DNA of 61,670 nucleotides, filler included, from Dirinaria sp. TL-2023a (GCA_051941275.1; 12 parts of 12 records of this genome joined end to end with filler, not necessarily neighbours in it), one strand, 5' to 3'. Positions 25,832-39,075 are shown, counted from the first letter of the whole stretch. Numbers and translations: made by a program. Notes: generated by a model from the sequence alone, not told the origin.

Positions 25832-27764
25832 CTAGTGTCTCCACTAGCGCCTTGGCACCCGCACACCGTGTACATAGTATTTTCCTGCTCCTTACCTGCT
25901 CCATAGTCTCTACACAAGTCAATACTATGCACCTAATTGTCATTGCTGCTTTGCACTCTTGCAATCCTAACAGGTGTTTATATTGCTGCAGGAATCGGAA
26001 ATGCGGTCGGCTCTGTAAAGCTGTGCATCCAAAATTTGAGTCAGATCTAGGCAGCAATATAGCTCTAACGCTGGCAATTAGAGCCGGCCCCAAGGCAGCC
26101 AATCCACACTCCCTTCTGCACTGCCTCGTAATGCTCCCTCTTGCTCCCCCCGTGCTCGCCCTTGCTCCCTCGGTGCTCCCTCTAAAGCGGCCCTGCTCCC
26201 TTTCCCGACCCAGAACGGCAATCCCTAATCCTAAGTTCGGGGTGTATATAATACATATATATATATATACATATATACATATATCACAGGCAAGAATTGA
26301 AACCAGAGAGCTGGCTTGTCTATCTTCATCACATACATGATGCTCGTATATCGAAGATCTGTACTAGACTTTTCACAGGGCAATCTATTCTCAACCATGA
26401 ATACGCGACGAGCATGATCTAAACCGAATGCTTGCTCATGGATCCAAAGACACTTTGCTCAGAAGAACCCTTAATAAGCGAGATACTTGCAGAGAATCTG
26501 GGAACAAGACCCATCAACCTGGCCATGGAAGTGGGAAACCGTCTATTATGTCCTGATATAGTACTCACTCTCGATATGCATTGAAACAACGCGAAAGCCA
26601 CATGAACGTTTGCCACTTCTTCTCCGTCTTAATACCATGTCGTACTCGGTGGAAATCGCATCACCCATGACGGCTCTAAGGCTGCAAGAGAAAGACGGGA
26701 CTCGTATAATCGCAGATCCGGGACACGACCTGGAACAGCTTCGCTTCTGCAGTAATAGAAACATCGATTTCAAGATACGTAAAAAGCTCGATAGATGTAA
26801 AGGTTGAGAATGAAATTAGCAACTTGTATCGCGAGCTCTGCAGCCAGCACATGTTCTTACTGTCTGAAAAGTTGTCTTTTCACATTGAAATTTGTGATCA
26901 CATCGTCGTCAGGCGAGATACCCGTGCGTTGGTGAATGCTATGAAGCTCGATCCTTACGACTCTGCGCCCCCGTACCCGTTCAAAAGACATATCGTTACC
27001 AGTTGAGTGGACTAGCAGCCTATCTGGAGCGAACGGGCAAGTCCATTCACCCATAGCCGGATTAAATATTCTTTCCTGGCGAGTAACTTCAATGCAACCT
27101 CGCTGTTTCGTTCTCTAGGCAGCCCGCTTACCGAGTTTGAGCGTTGATGCATTTGATATGATGCAAGGCGCAGCTCCATACAAGCGCCTAGTCTAATGTG
27201 GAAAGTGAGCACGAGACCACCGTTTTTCGTCCATCGCCTTCTTGAAGGGTCTGGGAAATTTCAAGAAAGAATAATATGCCATTTTCAAAGTGTTGATTAA
27301 CTTCCGGACATGGTGATTGGCGCATTTATCGCCGACGCGCTTGAAGGATGCGTGTGGAGAAGGTTGAGGAGTTGAGGACTGCTGTTTCTGTGCTGTTCGT
27401 TGTGGCTGAAGCGAGCATTTAGCGTCGAGCTTTTTGGGCGGCAGATCTGCGTGTTCCGTGACTACTAGTCAACAACTTCCACTGGCTTTCCAAGATTTTC
27501 CCATTACCTTCCAGTGCTTTGCCGAATTGGCTCAAGTACTGTACCTAAGTCGCCCAATCCATCCTTTTTTCTTCCTGTACATTGTCTATGCCACCCAGCC
27601 CCGCTTCCATATCTACAGTACACGTAAGAGCATGAGGTCTCCCGGAAACCCTCGGTCATTATTCACCATACAAATTTACCTCTGTGTTGCCTTTCACCCC
27701 TAGGACGTCATCGAGTCCGGAATCGAGAAGCCGTGCATTTCTGAGTACTTTTACTACTTGTAGG

Positions 27765-30579
27765 ATGTCTGCTTCGGGTCCTACGCGAGCCTCGGAAGGC
27801 GAGGGAAATGTTGCGAACAACGATACTCGAAATCCTCGGCGACCAATTGAGGCCTTAGCGAGTACTCAATCCACGTCCGCTGCAGCGCCCACTGTTCAAG
27901 GAGAGCAGACTACGGGAAGCAAAAAGAGGCGGAATCATCGGGGCGGCAAAAAGAAGAAAGGGAGAAGGCAGTCTTTTGCTGTTGGTGCAGAGGAGCAGGG
28001 TGCAGCCAATCCCGCCAGATCCAGTCATAATCTGCATGAACCATCGACGTCGAGTACGCCCCGGCCCCCGTTCTATAGACTGGGTCAATCAGGGCGCAAT
28101 CTCAGCTCGACCAGTCTGGACAGTCAATTGCTCTTGGACCATCGGTACGGAAATCCTAATATGGCCCATGTATTTGACCCAGGCTTGCTAACCCAATTTA
28201 CAGGGACCAGAATCCTATGCGCCCGCGTCGAGAGAGCAGACTCATGCCCAGTTCATTTGGACCTCGACCTCCTCAATCTGCTTACGAGACACATCGCCCA
28301 TCTCATGCAAATCACAATGTTACCAGCCATGTTGACCACCGGAGACAATGGACCCGTCGTGCACATGCTTCCTCGGGAGGTGAAAGTGAAGGCGAGCACA
28401 ATATGACAGACCGCACACCTCTGCTCGCATCCACAACTCAAGACAGCGCAACGTCTACCCATGGCTCTGGATATGGGTTCTTTTCCGCGCAGGGGAAGGA
28501 TTTTCAACGCCGGCGACCTTCTACAAATACATCAGCCTCTAGCAAACGTCGTCGAGGCTCACACAGCCGGCAGCCATCTTTTGGGCCACAGCAAAGTTAC
28601 GATGTTAACAACCCTCCATCTGTACCTGGCAGTCCAAAGCTGGGACATGACATGGGCTACGATGATGTTATGGTGGCAGGCTCCCTCCCTACTAGGGCTT
28701 CCGATCATCACCGCGGTAGTATATCTGCAGCCAATGACCAACTTATTAACATCGATCCTGATGGGGAAGATGAAAATTTCGGGCTCTCATCGCCTCCTAC
28801 TCCGACTAGAGATGCCGCTGATCATAGAAGACGGACCATTGCACTGCCAGCGGAAGAGGACGTATGCTTTCCTCAAGAAGGTATGTCGGCCATCGGGGAA
28901 GACGATTATTCCGCTCAAGATCACACCATACATGGCTCAAGCGACCAGCGTAGGAGAAGGTACCGGCAGTGGCCCGATCTTTCCGTTCTAGATGAATGGA
29001 GCAGAGAGGAAAAGGAAGAGCGAAGCGAAGGCATTCGAGCGAAGAAGATTAGCGAGCCAGTGCTGGTGGGCGGCCGGTTGCGTCCTCAGAAACACACATG
29101 GCACCGTACCGAGGAAGATGCCCCATATCGATTTACCTATTTTAATGAGGAACTTCCAAGCACCATTCATAGCCAGACAATTTCCGAGCTTTTGCAACCT
29201 GGACAGGACTTTCGGGAATTGTTCATACCTGAGCCGCCTGAGCTTAGCGACGAGTCGTCGGACGATGAAGATTTAATGAGCCACCAAGGTAATCCGAACG
29301 ACCGGCAAGGCATGACTCCGAATACACAATCCAGGGTAGGCACACGGCATTCCTCTGTCATCGGCGATCCCGAAACGCAGTCTCGAGAACGATCCGGAGA
29401 TGCTACGCCTCAACAACCGAACGGCGCCGCTTTCAAGGAGAGAGTGAAGCGTTATGGAGCACGACCGACGTTTTGGCTAGACGTACTCTCTCCTACAGAT
29501 ACCGAGATGCGAGTCATTTCTAAGACTTTCGGTATCCATCCCCTCACCGCCGAGGACATCATGATGCAAGAAGCACGTGAAAAGGTGGAATTATTTAGGA
29601 ATTACTATTTTGTCAACTATCGTACGTTCGAACAAGATGTGAACAGTGAAGACTATCTGGAACCGGTAAACATGTATGTCGTGGTGTTTAGAGAAGGTGT
29701 AATCAGCTTTCACTTCTCAATGACCCCCCACCCAGCAAATGTACGAAGACGCATCCGTCAGCTCAAGGACTATCTTATCCTAAGCTCGGACTGGATATCT
29801 TATGCAATAATCGACGACATCACAGATGTCTTTGCTCCGCTAATTCAGAGTATCGAAGAGGAAGTCGACGATATCGATGATCAGATCCTTAAACTCCATT
29901 CAGGCAGTAAAGAAGAGGTTCAGAAGGTGAACAAAGATAGCGAGAAGCGATCTGTTAGCGGAGAACCAACCAGCGGCGAATCCGGTGGTGACATGCTCCG
30001 CCGCGTAGGTGAAGGGAGAAAGAAGGTCATGGGCCTTTACAGACTGCTCGGTAATAAGGCCGATGTGATCAAAGGCTTTGCCAAAAGGTGCAATGAGTAT
30101 TGGGAAGTTGCACCACGGAGTGAGATTGGATTATATCTTGGTGACATCCAGGACCACATCCTTACCATGACCAGCAATCTGGGGCATTATGAAACGTCAG
30201 CACTTACATCCAAGCTGTTCAAATCTTTATTGCTGACTTCTGTCCCAGGCTACTCTCACGCGCTCACTCGAATTATTTGGCACAGATCAACATCCGCATG
30301 AATGAGCGGCAAGAGCAGACAGCCGACGTGTTGGGCAAGTTGACTGTTCTGGGTACAATCGTCCTTCCGATGAATATCGTGACCGGAATGTGGGGCATGA
30401 ACGTCCTAGTCCCTGGGCAGGATGTTGACAATCTCTATTGGTTCTGGTCTAGTAAGTCCAACTACTATTCTGCAGAGAGACCACATCGCCGCTGACCTTT
30501 CAACGCAGTCACCGCTGGACTCTTCATCTTCGGTATCTCCTGTTTCTTCATCGCTAAGAGGGTGTATGGCATTGTCTAA
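27765..30579 (+). CDS. MNR2: CorA-family Mg2+ transporter, Mnr2-like (~881 aa)
   Basis: Exons 27765-28144, 28204-30195, 30249-30451 and 30509-30579. Motifs FGIHPLTAEDI..EAREKVELF, YLGDIQDH and the GMN signature (TGMWGMNV) followed by a second TM helix. YRFTYF..TIHS.TIS.LL is typical of the Mnr2 subfamily. A possible 5'UTR intron spans 27624-27763. Confidence 0.9.
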
Positions 30580-30882
30580 CACGAGCATCACATCATGGTA
30601 CACAGAACGGGCAGCAATGGGACGGATTGGAAATTTCTGGTTTCCTGTGGAATAGAATGCAATGCATGCCTTGTGGTCATTTCCAGAGCCGCAATGTGGC
30701 CCATCAGGGAAAAGTAAAACCGGGGGCTCAATTGTACCTGTACATAATCAATTTTCTCAACAATAGGGTCGTTCATCAACCCCTGCCCACGTACCTTGAA
30801 TAATTTGAGAAAACCAGTTCCGTCACTATGTAGATCTAAAATCAAACCCACATCCAAAAAAGAAATTCGTCTACTACCTGTC

Positions 30883-30982
30883 NNNNNNNNNNNNNNNNNN
30901 NNNNNNNNNNNNNNNNNNNNNNNNNNTTAATTAATTAANNNNNNNNNNNNNNNNNNNNNNNNNNNNNNNNNNNNNNNNNNNN
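30883..30982. other. Artificial contig linker
   Basis: N44-TTAATTAATTAA-N44. Confidence 0.99.
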
Positions 30983-33655
30983 GGGTGTAAACGGCGGAGT
31001 TCGTTGAGGTAGCTGTGATGGAGGAGGCGCATTTGCAACCTTTACAGACTGCGCTGTACCGACGTTCCGAGCCTGCAGAGGTGCACTCGGAGAGGTAGTG
31101 GAGCCTTCAGTAGGAGGTAGCGAGGCTTTGGGGGACGAGGTGTGGGAGCCTTGAAAAGAAGCTTGGCGGGATCGTATTGGCGTCGGAGCTTTGGGAATCA
31201 CTGGAGTTGCGATCTGGAGATGGGGAGAGGCATGATTGCTCGCTGGCTGTGGTGGCTGAAGGCCAGCGGATGGAGGTGCAGCTGACGATGGTATGCTGGG
31301 TTTGGATTGGAGAAAGTTAGGCACTGCCGGCGCAGCTGGAGCAGGGAGCTTTGCCATTTGCTCGTCTTTTTTCTTCCGCTCGGTGTCCTCTTTTTCCAAC
31401 TTTGTTTTAGCTTCACGATCTACTTTTTCCGTAGTTTCGCGCTCTTTTTTGGTACGTAGTTGTTGCTCCTTCGCCGCTCGTTCTTCTCTTTCCTTCTTCT
31501 TAGCTTCATCTTTCTTCTTCTTCTCGCGTTCTTTCTGTTCGCGTTGCTTTCGCTCTTGTTCAGCTTGATGCTCCCGAGCTTCTCGCAAACGCTTCTGCTT
31601 TTCAGCCTCTTTGCGTTGCCTCTCCTCTTCTTGCGCCTTTTTTTCGGCCTCCTTTTTCTTCCGCTGCTCCTCTTTCTTCTGCCGCTGCTCTTCAAGCTTT
31701 TTATCCTCAATTGCCTTCAATGCAGCTTCTTCCGCAGCTTTTTCCGCTTCGCGCTTGGCCTTTTCTTCGTCTTTGGCTTGCTTTTGCTGACGCTTTTTGT
31801 CCTTTTTCTTTTGCGCGTCCTTAGCCTTTTTGGCTTCCCGTTGAGTGTCGAGGCGAGATTCTTCATCCAGTTCTTCCAGCAATTTCTGTTGTCGCTCACG
31901 TGCTACCTTCTCTCGATACGCTGTCAGAACTCTTTGTTCGAACATCCGGGCTGCGAAGATTTGAAACATCCTCCGCCCTTCCTCCATGCGTTGCTCCTCC
32001 GTCATGGCCTCCTGGAAATTGTTAGCTCGAAGCTTATGACGTTTCGAAAAGTCACAAATACCATCTCATCCTCTTCGTAATCATCATCATCATCACTGTA
32101 TTCTTCCTCGTCGCCTTCGTCATCATAATCCTCATCATCATCATTTAATGAAGGGCCGTGATTATGAGACTGCATTGATGGGTAGCGAGAAGCTGCGTAC
32201 TGCGCCTCTTCCTCGCGTTGCATTCGGCGCTCAGCAAGCTGCTCCATCATCTCGATGAATTTCTTCCCATCATTTTTCAGGAGGTCATCTGCAACAGTCA
32301 GAATTCCACCTGCAGGGAATCAGCAAATCCCAAGCAAGTGATGCATCTGCAAGAAAAAAAACCGTACCTTGTACGGTCAGACTGTTCCCGAAATTGAAGA
32401 AATCAGCCGCAGAGCCTATTGGCTCTTCCATGTCCTCCTCGCTATACTCCTCTTCTTCGTCGTCACTATACTCTTCTTCATCTGCGTCGTCATCTTCATC
32501 TGTGACCTCCTGTATGCGTCCTCTTGAAGAGCGAACCGTGTTCGTTCCTTGCATTCGCTGACCTGGTGGCATTCGCCCCACGTGCTGGCCGTACATCCTA
32601 GGCGGGGGTATAATGGGTGCACCGTCTGCGAGGTTGATTTGCTGATGGTTGGCGTACTGCTCGAGCTCCTCGTAATAGGCGTCGTAAAGCACTTCCAGCT
32701 CTTCCTCGATAGCGGTGCGCTTACGGCCGCACACGGTACAACTGCACGAATGCTTCTGCTGCTCCTTCATCTTTTTTAGGACAGCTTCCTTCTCCACCTT
32801 GACCAGAGAACGTCTCTCTTCTTCACCAAGCGAAAGCCAGAATTCCTTGATTCTCTCTCGTTCTTCTGCAGTGGACGTGTTCCATATTCGATCCTTTGAA
32901 ATGTGATGTGCCGAACGTAGAGCAGCGCTGGACAGCCCAGGTGGTGGCGGAGGTGGTCCTTGCTGATGCATACCTGCTGGAGTCTTATGGGGGGCACTGT
33001 TGGCATTGTAATTGTTCGAAAACCCTGGTTGAGCCGTTACACTCGATTTACTCTTCTTCTTTCTCTTCGCTTTATTGCGAGAGTCTTCATGAGGTACCTG
33101 ATCATTCGTATTGTATCCGTTGGACCGCATCCCAGTATACTGCTTCTCAAGTAATCGATCATCCTCATCTGTATAATAGAGATCTTCGCCCTCGCCAGGC
33201 TCATACTGGTCAGGATCATCATAATCGGACACGCCACAGTCGTACCCATTGGTGCCTGTCTGAGCTTGGGTTGTGGATCTTGCATGGTAAGGTGGGTCAC
33301 GAGCGTCAATATATGATTGTCCCTGACCGCTAGCGGCCGCTGAGAAAGGTTGCTCTGCAGCAGCAAGACGGGCAGCCTGCTTCTGACGTCGTTTTTGCTT
33401 CTTTCTATTCACCGTCGGTACTTCATCGCTCGGCGGAGCTACGTCATTTCCGGTCACGGGTCGTCCGGCCGCTGGGGCACTATCCTTTGAGTTACCTTTT
33501 GCGGACGTGGTTCCGCTGGTGGATGCTGGGAATAGGTCGGTATGTTTTGCTTGAGCATTGCCAGTTGCAGTTTTGAGTGCCCCGTTGGTTTTGGAAGCGG
33601 CCGCCTTTGTTGGATTATTGGGTGCCGACCCACGGGAGCTTGATTTCGAAGGCAT
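30983..33655 (-). CDS. NST1: Stress response protein Nst1 (3' end truncated by contig end)
   Basis: Exons 33655-32368, 32309-32062 and 32011-<30983. Motifs [75 protein letters not shown] and [20 protein letters not shown], followed by a K/E coiled coil. Confidence 0.93.
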
Positions 33656-34539
33656 GGTGGACTGAAGTATTGTGGGATACTATGGCAGGAGAAAGGTTAA
33701 GAAAAGCATCAAGGACAGCTAAACAGTTGAAGGACCATTTAACAGTGTTTGAGCGAGTAGTGTTATTGGCTGACACGAGCCCCTCCTGTTTGTGGTTTGA
33801 CCCGGCGGGCGCGACTAGGGGCCTGGAGTGAATGGTTTGAGACCGAGGGACATAGACTCGGTCGGCAGACAGAATTTGCAGCCTCGGAAGACTCTGTGTA
33901 GATGTTCAATCTGTCCGAGAGGAAGCCTGGAAATCACCTTATGACGAAGGTAGTTTTCTGCATCCCACGTCAAATGGGCGAAGGCGGACGTTGAATTACT
34001 AGCGCCGTCCTGTCCGTAAAAAAACGCCAGGTACGCAACAAATCAATACGCTCCGCAAGAACAATCGGTTCACTTCCAAAAGACTAAGTACTTTACCTAC
34101 TTTAAGTAGCTGCCAATACCATTCTTCCCCTACTATTTTACTTAAAACCCATCCCCGCAATAACCCGCTCCATCCAGCATCCGCTCCTTCCGAGATTGTA
34201 TCTTATGGGTGACATGATTCAATGACGGGTCCATCGCTGCCATTGGATTGTCGCATCAAAAGTCTATGTAGGCAAATTGGTCTGGTAGCTTCGAGAAATC
34301 ACCCTTCCAGCAAGGTGCAGCCCGGTGTCACTGCTTAGAGGGCTTCGGCCTATCTTCACTATCTTGCAACGGAATTGCACGAGAAGCTCGCGCCAATACA
34401 CTTGCGACTCTCTGAGCTCGAGCTCGAGCTGCAGCCTCGGCGTTCGGAGCAATTCAAGCTCCACGAAGATCCCGGTACATATATCACGATAGCAAGTCCT
34501 GGGGTCGATCGCTGAGAAGAGAGTAGCAGATATCTGGAG

Positions 34540-35653
34540 ATGGCACAGCAACAAGGGCAGAATGTAATGCGAAGGTACGTACGGGGTTCGCCTATCGGCG
34601 TCTATATCGAATGGAAGACATCGGATAGCACACGTTCGGTCTGAAAGAGTCAGCTTGGAGCAGATCAACAGATATCTACGGGCTTAAATAAGGCTCTCAA
34701 GGCATCAATCAGCTTGAGCAATGCACAAAGAGAGGGCGCTGGGTTCTGTCCGGGCTGGATTAGCTTTGTTTTTGGCCTCTAAGCGAATTCTGGTGACTTG
34801 GAGGACTGTTGAGCCGGCTTTTTATCTACCAGATTGACGGCAGCTGGAGTTACACGGGCTGATATTCGAGCTGCTTGCACAGGAAGCTCGTCATTATTGG
34901 TGATGGCGCTTGTGGGAAGACGAGTCTGCTCAGTGTGTTTACTTTAGGGTACTTCCCAACGGTCAGTCATTTACTGTCAACCGCGCATCTAATCTGGCGA
35001 CTTCGGCTAATAATCTGTAGCATTATGTGAGCAGAGTTCATTCAAGCCCCTCTTCTCGAATCCACGGAGACGACCTCAATCGCTCCAACTGACGCTTTGG
35101 CTATCTGATTATAGGTACCAACGGTCTTCGAAAATTACGTCACTGATTGCAGAGTCGACGGCAAGTCAGTGCAGCTAGCTCTATGGGATACTGCAGGGCA
35201 GGAAGATTACGAACGGTTACGGCCTTTAGCATACGCGAAAGCACATGTTATTCTGATCGGTTTCTCCGTGGACACACCGGACTCGCTCGATAACGTCAAG
35301 CACAAGGTAAGGTGGCCAGCAAGCAATGGGACGCCTCGGAGCATCTTCTGACAGACCTGTAGTGGGTTGAAGAAGCTCAGGAGCGGTGCCCTGGAGTACC
35401 AATTATCCTGGTGGGCCTCAAAAAGGATCTCCGTGAAGATCCGCTCGCGCAAGAAGAAATGCGGAAAAAGTCGATGCATTTCACCTCAGATAACGAAGGG
35501 AACAACGCCGCAAGGGAGATAGGCGCACGGAAATACCTCGAATGTTCCTCATTGACAGGGGAAGGGGTGGATGATGTTTTCGAAGCAGCTACACGGGCGG
35601 CGCTATTGACATTCGAGAAGGGCGAACGTACTGGATGCTGCATCATGTGTTGA
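34540..35653 (+). CDS. RHO2: Rho2-type small GTPase (200 aa, 5 exons)
   Basis: Exons 34540-34574, 34883-34961, 35021-35026, 35115-35306 and 35363-35653. Motifs [56 protein letters not shown] and YLECSS, with C-terminal CCIMC. Confidence 0.93.
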
Positions 35654-36030
35654 GATAGGACCGACACAAGGGTGGTTAAAGGCTAGCGTGTCCATATAGC
35701 AGAAGGAGGGGCGCAGAGCCAGGGAATGGCTGTGTGTACGTTTGAATCTGGTCCTCGCTCGTTGAAGCGTGTATTTTATACTCCCGGGCTTGCCTGCTCA
35801 GCATTGACGGCGCTACTATGTCGGTATGACTACAAAACCAGGCTCGAGCATATCCTGGACCATAATAGTCGAATTAGAGCATTTTGCATCTGTACTTGGC
35901 TCCGCATTGAACCATCGGTGCACACCGCCAATCGAGCCCGTGATGCATAGTTGTATTTGTGCCATAAGCCCTACCCTCGCTTTGTGAGCCAGTCCGAACA
36001 TTTAATCCCAACACCATCTAATCCCCCCCC

Positions 36031-36130
36031 NNNNNNNNNNNNNNNNNNNNNNNNNNNNNNNNNNNNNNNNNNNNTTAATTAATTAANNNNNNNNNNNNNN
36101 NNNNNNNNNNNNNNNNNNNNNNNNNNNNNN
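36031..36130. other. Artificial contig linker
   Basis: N44-TTAATTAATTAA-N44. Confidence 0.99.
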
Positions 36131-36971
36131 TCCTGATGCCACGCCTGCCAGTGCCTCGTCCACGCCACCAGTTCATCCCAGTTTCTGCACCGGTGCTCGG
36201 TGCCGAACCCCGTCACGCCGCCGACGGCCCGGTCGACGACCTCGACCGTCGTGTCCGGCTGGCACATGAGGCTGTGCCGGATCAGGTCGATGCAGTGCCG
36301 GATATGCGGCGGGCTGTACATCATGGGGATGTCCTCGTCGATGACCTTTTCGCCCGCGACGGCGGAGGCGTGTAGAGCCCAGTAGCCTTGGCGGATGCCG
36401 TTCTGTGTATGTGGATTTCGTTAATTAATTGTGGGTTAGAGAGTTTGGGATTGAAAAGAGAGGGAGATATATGGAAGAGAGAAAAAAGTGGGGGAAATGC
36501 GCACAAGACAGTGCAGTTGATGGAATACGGCCCATGCCGACCGTTGCGGGGCGATGGTCGGGTGTTTGAAGAACCCGCCCTGCTCGGGGAAGATGGATTC
36601 CCAAGCCGCGTCGGACGCGTTGGAGGGAGCGGCGCCGAAGGTGCGGTTGTAGCGGAAGATTTCGGAGCGCGTTGATACTTGGGGTGGAAATTAGTTTATG
36701 GGGTTCTATTTTTTTTTTTTTTTTTTCTTTTGGGGTGGAAGTATATCGAAAGAGTGAAGGAGAAAAATTGGTAAGTCTCACGGTTGATTGTAGGTTGGTG
36801 CCTAGTGGAGATCGAAAGACGGCCAGCGTAGAAACTCGTTATACAGCTGGTGAGGAGCACGAGGATGGCGAGGAGGAGTGCGCGGGGCGAATAATAGTCC
36901 GCCCGGAAACGAGAGCCACCGCCGTGGAGTGGGTTGTATCGATAGTCACGGCCGCGCAGGAATTGCAACAT
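36131..36971 (-). CDS. DUF3328/UstYa-family oxidase (extreme C-terminus cut by contig end)
   Basis: Exons 36971-36782, 36677-36505 and 36402-<36131. N-terminal TM helix (ALLLAILVLLTSCITSFYAG), D.AW motif, two HxxHC motifs (VFHQLHCL; HIRHCIDLIRHSLMC.PDTT.E) and G.G..H.CRNWDEL..W. Confidence 0.92.
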
Positions 36972-37185
36972 ATTGCGAGTATCGATTACCTGGCACCCGA
37001 GCAGGATGACGAACTCATCTCTCGGTGGTGATGGCTGAGATACGGAACATCGTCGGCGGGCAGCCCGCTGCGGTGTGTAAGAATCATCTGTATGTACTTG
37101 TGTAAAGTATTGTTTTTCTGCAGAGTGTAAGAAATGAGCAAAGCTAAGGTACGAACTGCGGGGCAAAAGAGCTGTGGAAAACTTC

Positions 37186-37230
37186 CAAGCAAAAATCCTG
37201 CAAGCTAAAATCCTGCAAGCTAAAATCCTT
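37186..37230. repeat. 3x 15-bp tandem repeat (CAAGCTAAAATCCTG) in divergent promoter
   Basis: Copies at 37186, 37201 and 37216 with single mismatches. Confidence 0.8.
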
Positions 37231-37620
37231 CGCGTTAGGTCGTCGGCGAGGCCTTGATAAAGAATAAGGTACCTTACTCGTACCAGGCTTTGACGTGCAG
37301 CTGAAGATTCGTGGTCTGGTGGCTTCTCATCACCGCCCATTGGATAGGAAATACATATGCGGATCGCGGAATGCTAATCTGGGTACGGAGTACTCCGGAG
37401 ACCCCGCTAGCCTGCCATAGAAAGATCTGAGTATGACCACTCAATCGCGAATCTACACCACGCAGCCTGATCATGAAATCATCGATACTCAAGCTTCTGG
37501 TTTTTTCTCAAGGCGTCGCCGAAACAGCTCCGGATGAAGCTTGTCTGCTGTCCTAAATAGATAGTCCGTATCTGCCACGCTCTATTGATCAGTAGCTCGT
37601 TCACTAACTCGAACCCAAGG

Positions 37621-39075
37621 ATGACTAGTAGTCGCATCTCAGAACTGTCAGCAATCATTGCAACACATACAAAGCATGTTGATGAACAGCTAGCAGCGGC
37701 AGGGTCTCCCACCCCGTCTTTCGACGCCGACAGCCCGCCTCGGTCGCTGCTCGATAGCCGGATTGTGGCCTCGCGACAAGCCATCCTTGCCGCAACAGAC
37801 GAGCTTCATGCTTTGATGCTGGGACCAGTCGGCACCTTCACATCACAGCCCGTTCGCATCAATTCCTGGATCAGCATCCACGCCATCTACAGGTTCGGGT
37901 TTGCATCCGCTTTTCCGCCTGGCCAGGATGAAGCAACATTCGCGGAGATATCAGAAGCGACTGGAGTTGCCGAATCCCATGTTCGTCGACTGCTACGGCA
38001 TGCGATGACATTTCGCATATTCCAGGAGCCTCGAAAAGGCGTGGTGCGCCACACTGCTGCTTCGAAAGCGATGGCAGATAATGCCATGCTGCGACAATGG
38101 ATTGGCATGGTTTCTGAAGAGCATTGGCCTGCCATGACAAAGGTAGACCCAGTTGCCAACTTTCACTTCAAGAAACGGGAGTACTAAAGGTTGATAGACC
38201 GTCGAGGCGATAGAGAAGTGGCCAGACGCGGAGGAACCAAACCAAGCGGTAGCTTAGTGCTTACCTGCCCTTTTAACTTGGCTCTGTCAGTCTGACTGAG
38301 TTCTCCATGCTACAGGGTTACAATATCGCTCATAATACCGACGCGAATATCTTTGACGAGGTTGCCAAATCCTCAGCAAGGGAGCAGCGCTTTGCTGTTG
38401 CCATGAAGATGGCCGCAGCAGGCCCGGGTCTAGAACATAGTCATATGCTAGATGGATTCGACTGGAATTCAATCGGTAAAGGTGTTGTTGTCGATGTGGG
38501 CGGCTCTCAAGGCGCCGTCTGTATCGCAATTGCCAAGAGATTTGCGTCGCTGCGCTGCATTGTGCAAGATAGACCTGAAGTTGTAGCAAAAGGACGGGAG
38601 GACTTACCTCCTGCACTGTCAGACCGCGTGAGCTTCATGGGGCACGACATTTTCACCGACCAGCCGGTGAAGGATGCAGATGTCTACATTCTTCGCTGGA
38701 TACTCCATGACTGGTCCGACAAGTATGCCTCTCGGGTCCTGCAGGCGCTGGTACCCGCACTCAAGACAGGAGCAAGGGTTTTGGTAGTCGAGCATATAAT
38801 GCCGGACCCGGGATCCATCTCAACATACGAAGAGAAGGCCTTTCGGTAAGCCGAGTATCAAGTGTCGGTTCGAAACTCCGAGCTAATCTTCTGGAACTAG
38901 ATCGTTCGACTTCTCCATGTGGGCCGGCCACAACGGGAAAGAGCGCAGTTTGGATGAATGGACGGCATTGTTCGAACTTGCTGACCCGAATTTCGAGATT
39001 GTGGGCGTAATGAAACCGACTGGCTCCAGATTGAGCATCATTGAAGCGAGATGGAGAGCGCAGCATGAACATTGA
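37621..39075 (+). CDS. SAM-dependent O-methyltransferase (COMT/OmtA-like Methyltransf_2 family, ~425 aa)
   Basis: Exons 37621-38142, 38198-38248, 38316-38845 and 38901-39075. Winged-helix-like region RRLLRHAMT..IF.EP..G.V.HTAAS, plus motifs VVDVGGSQG, IVQD.P, HDIF..QP, ADVY.LRWILHDWSD and NGKERS. Confidence 0.93.

Noticed and set aside
36421..36430. TTAATTAATT resembling the linker core
   Set aside because: No flanking Ns; it lies at the 3' end of DUF3328 intron 2 and is natural sequence.
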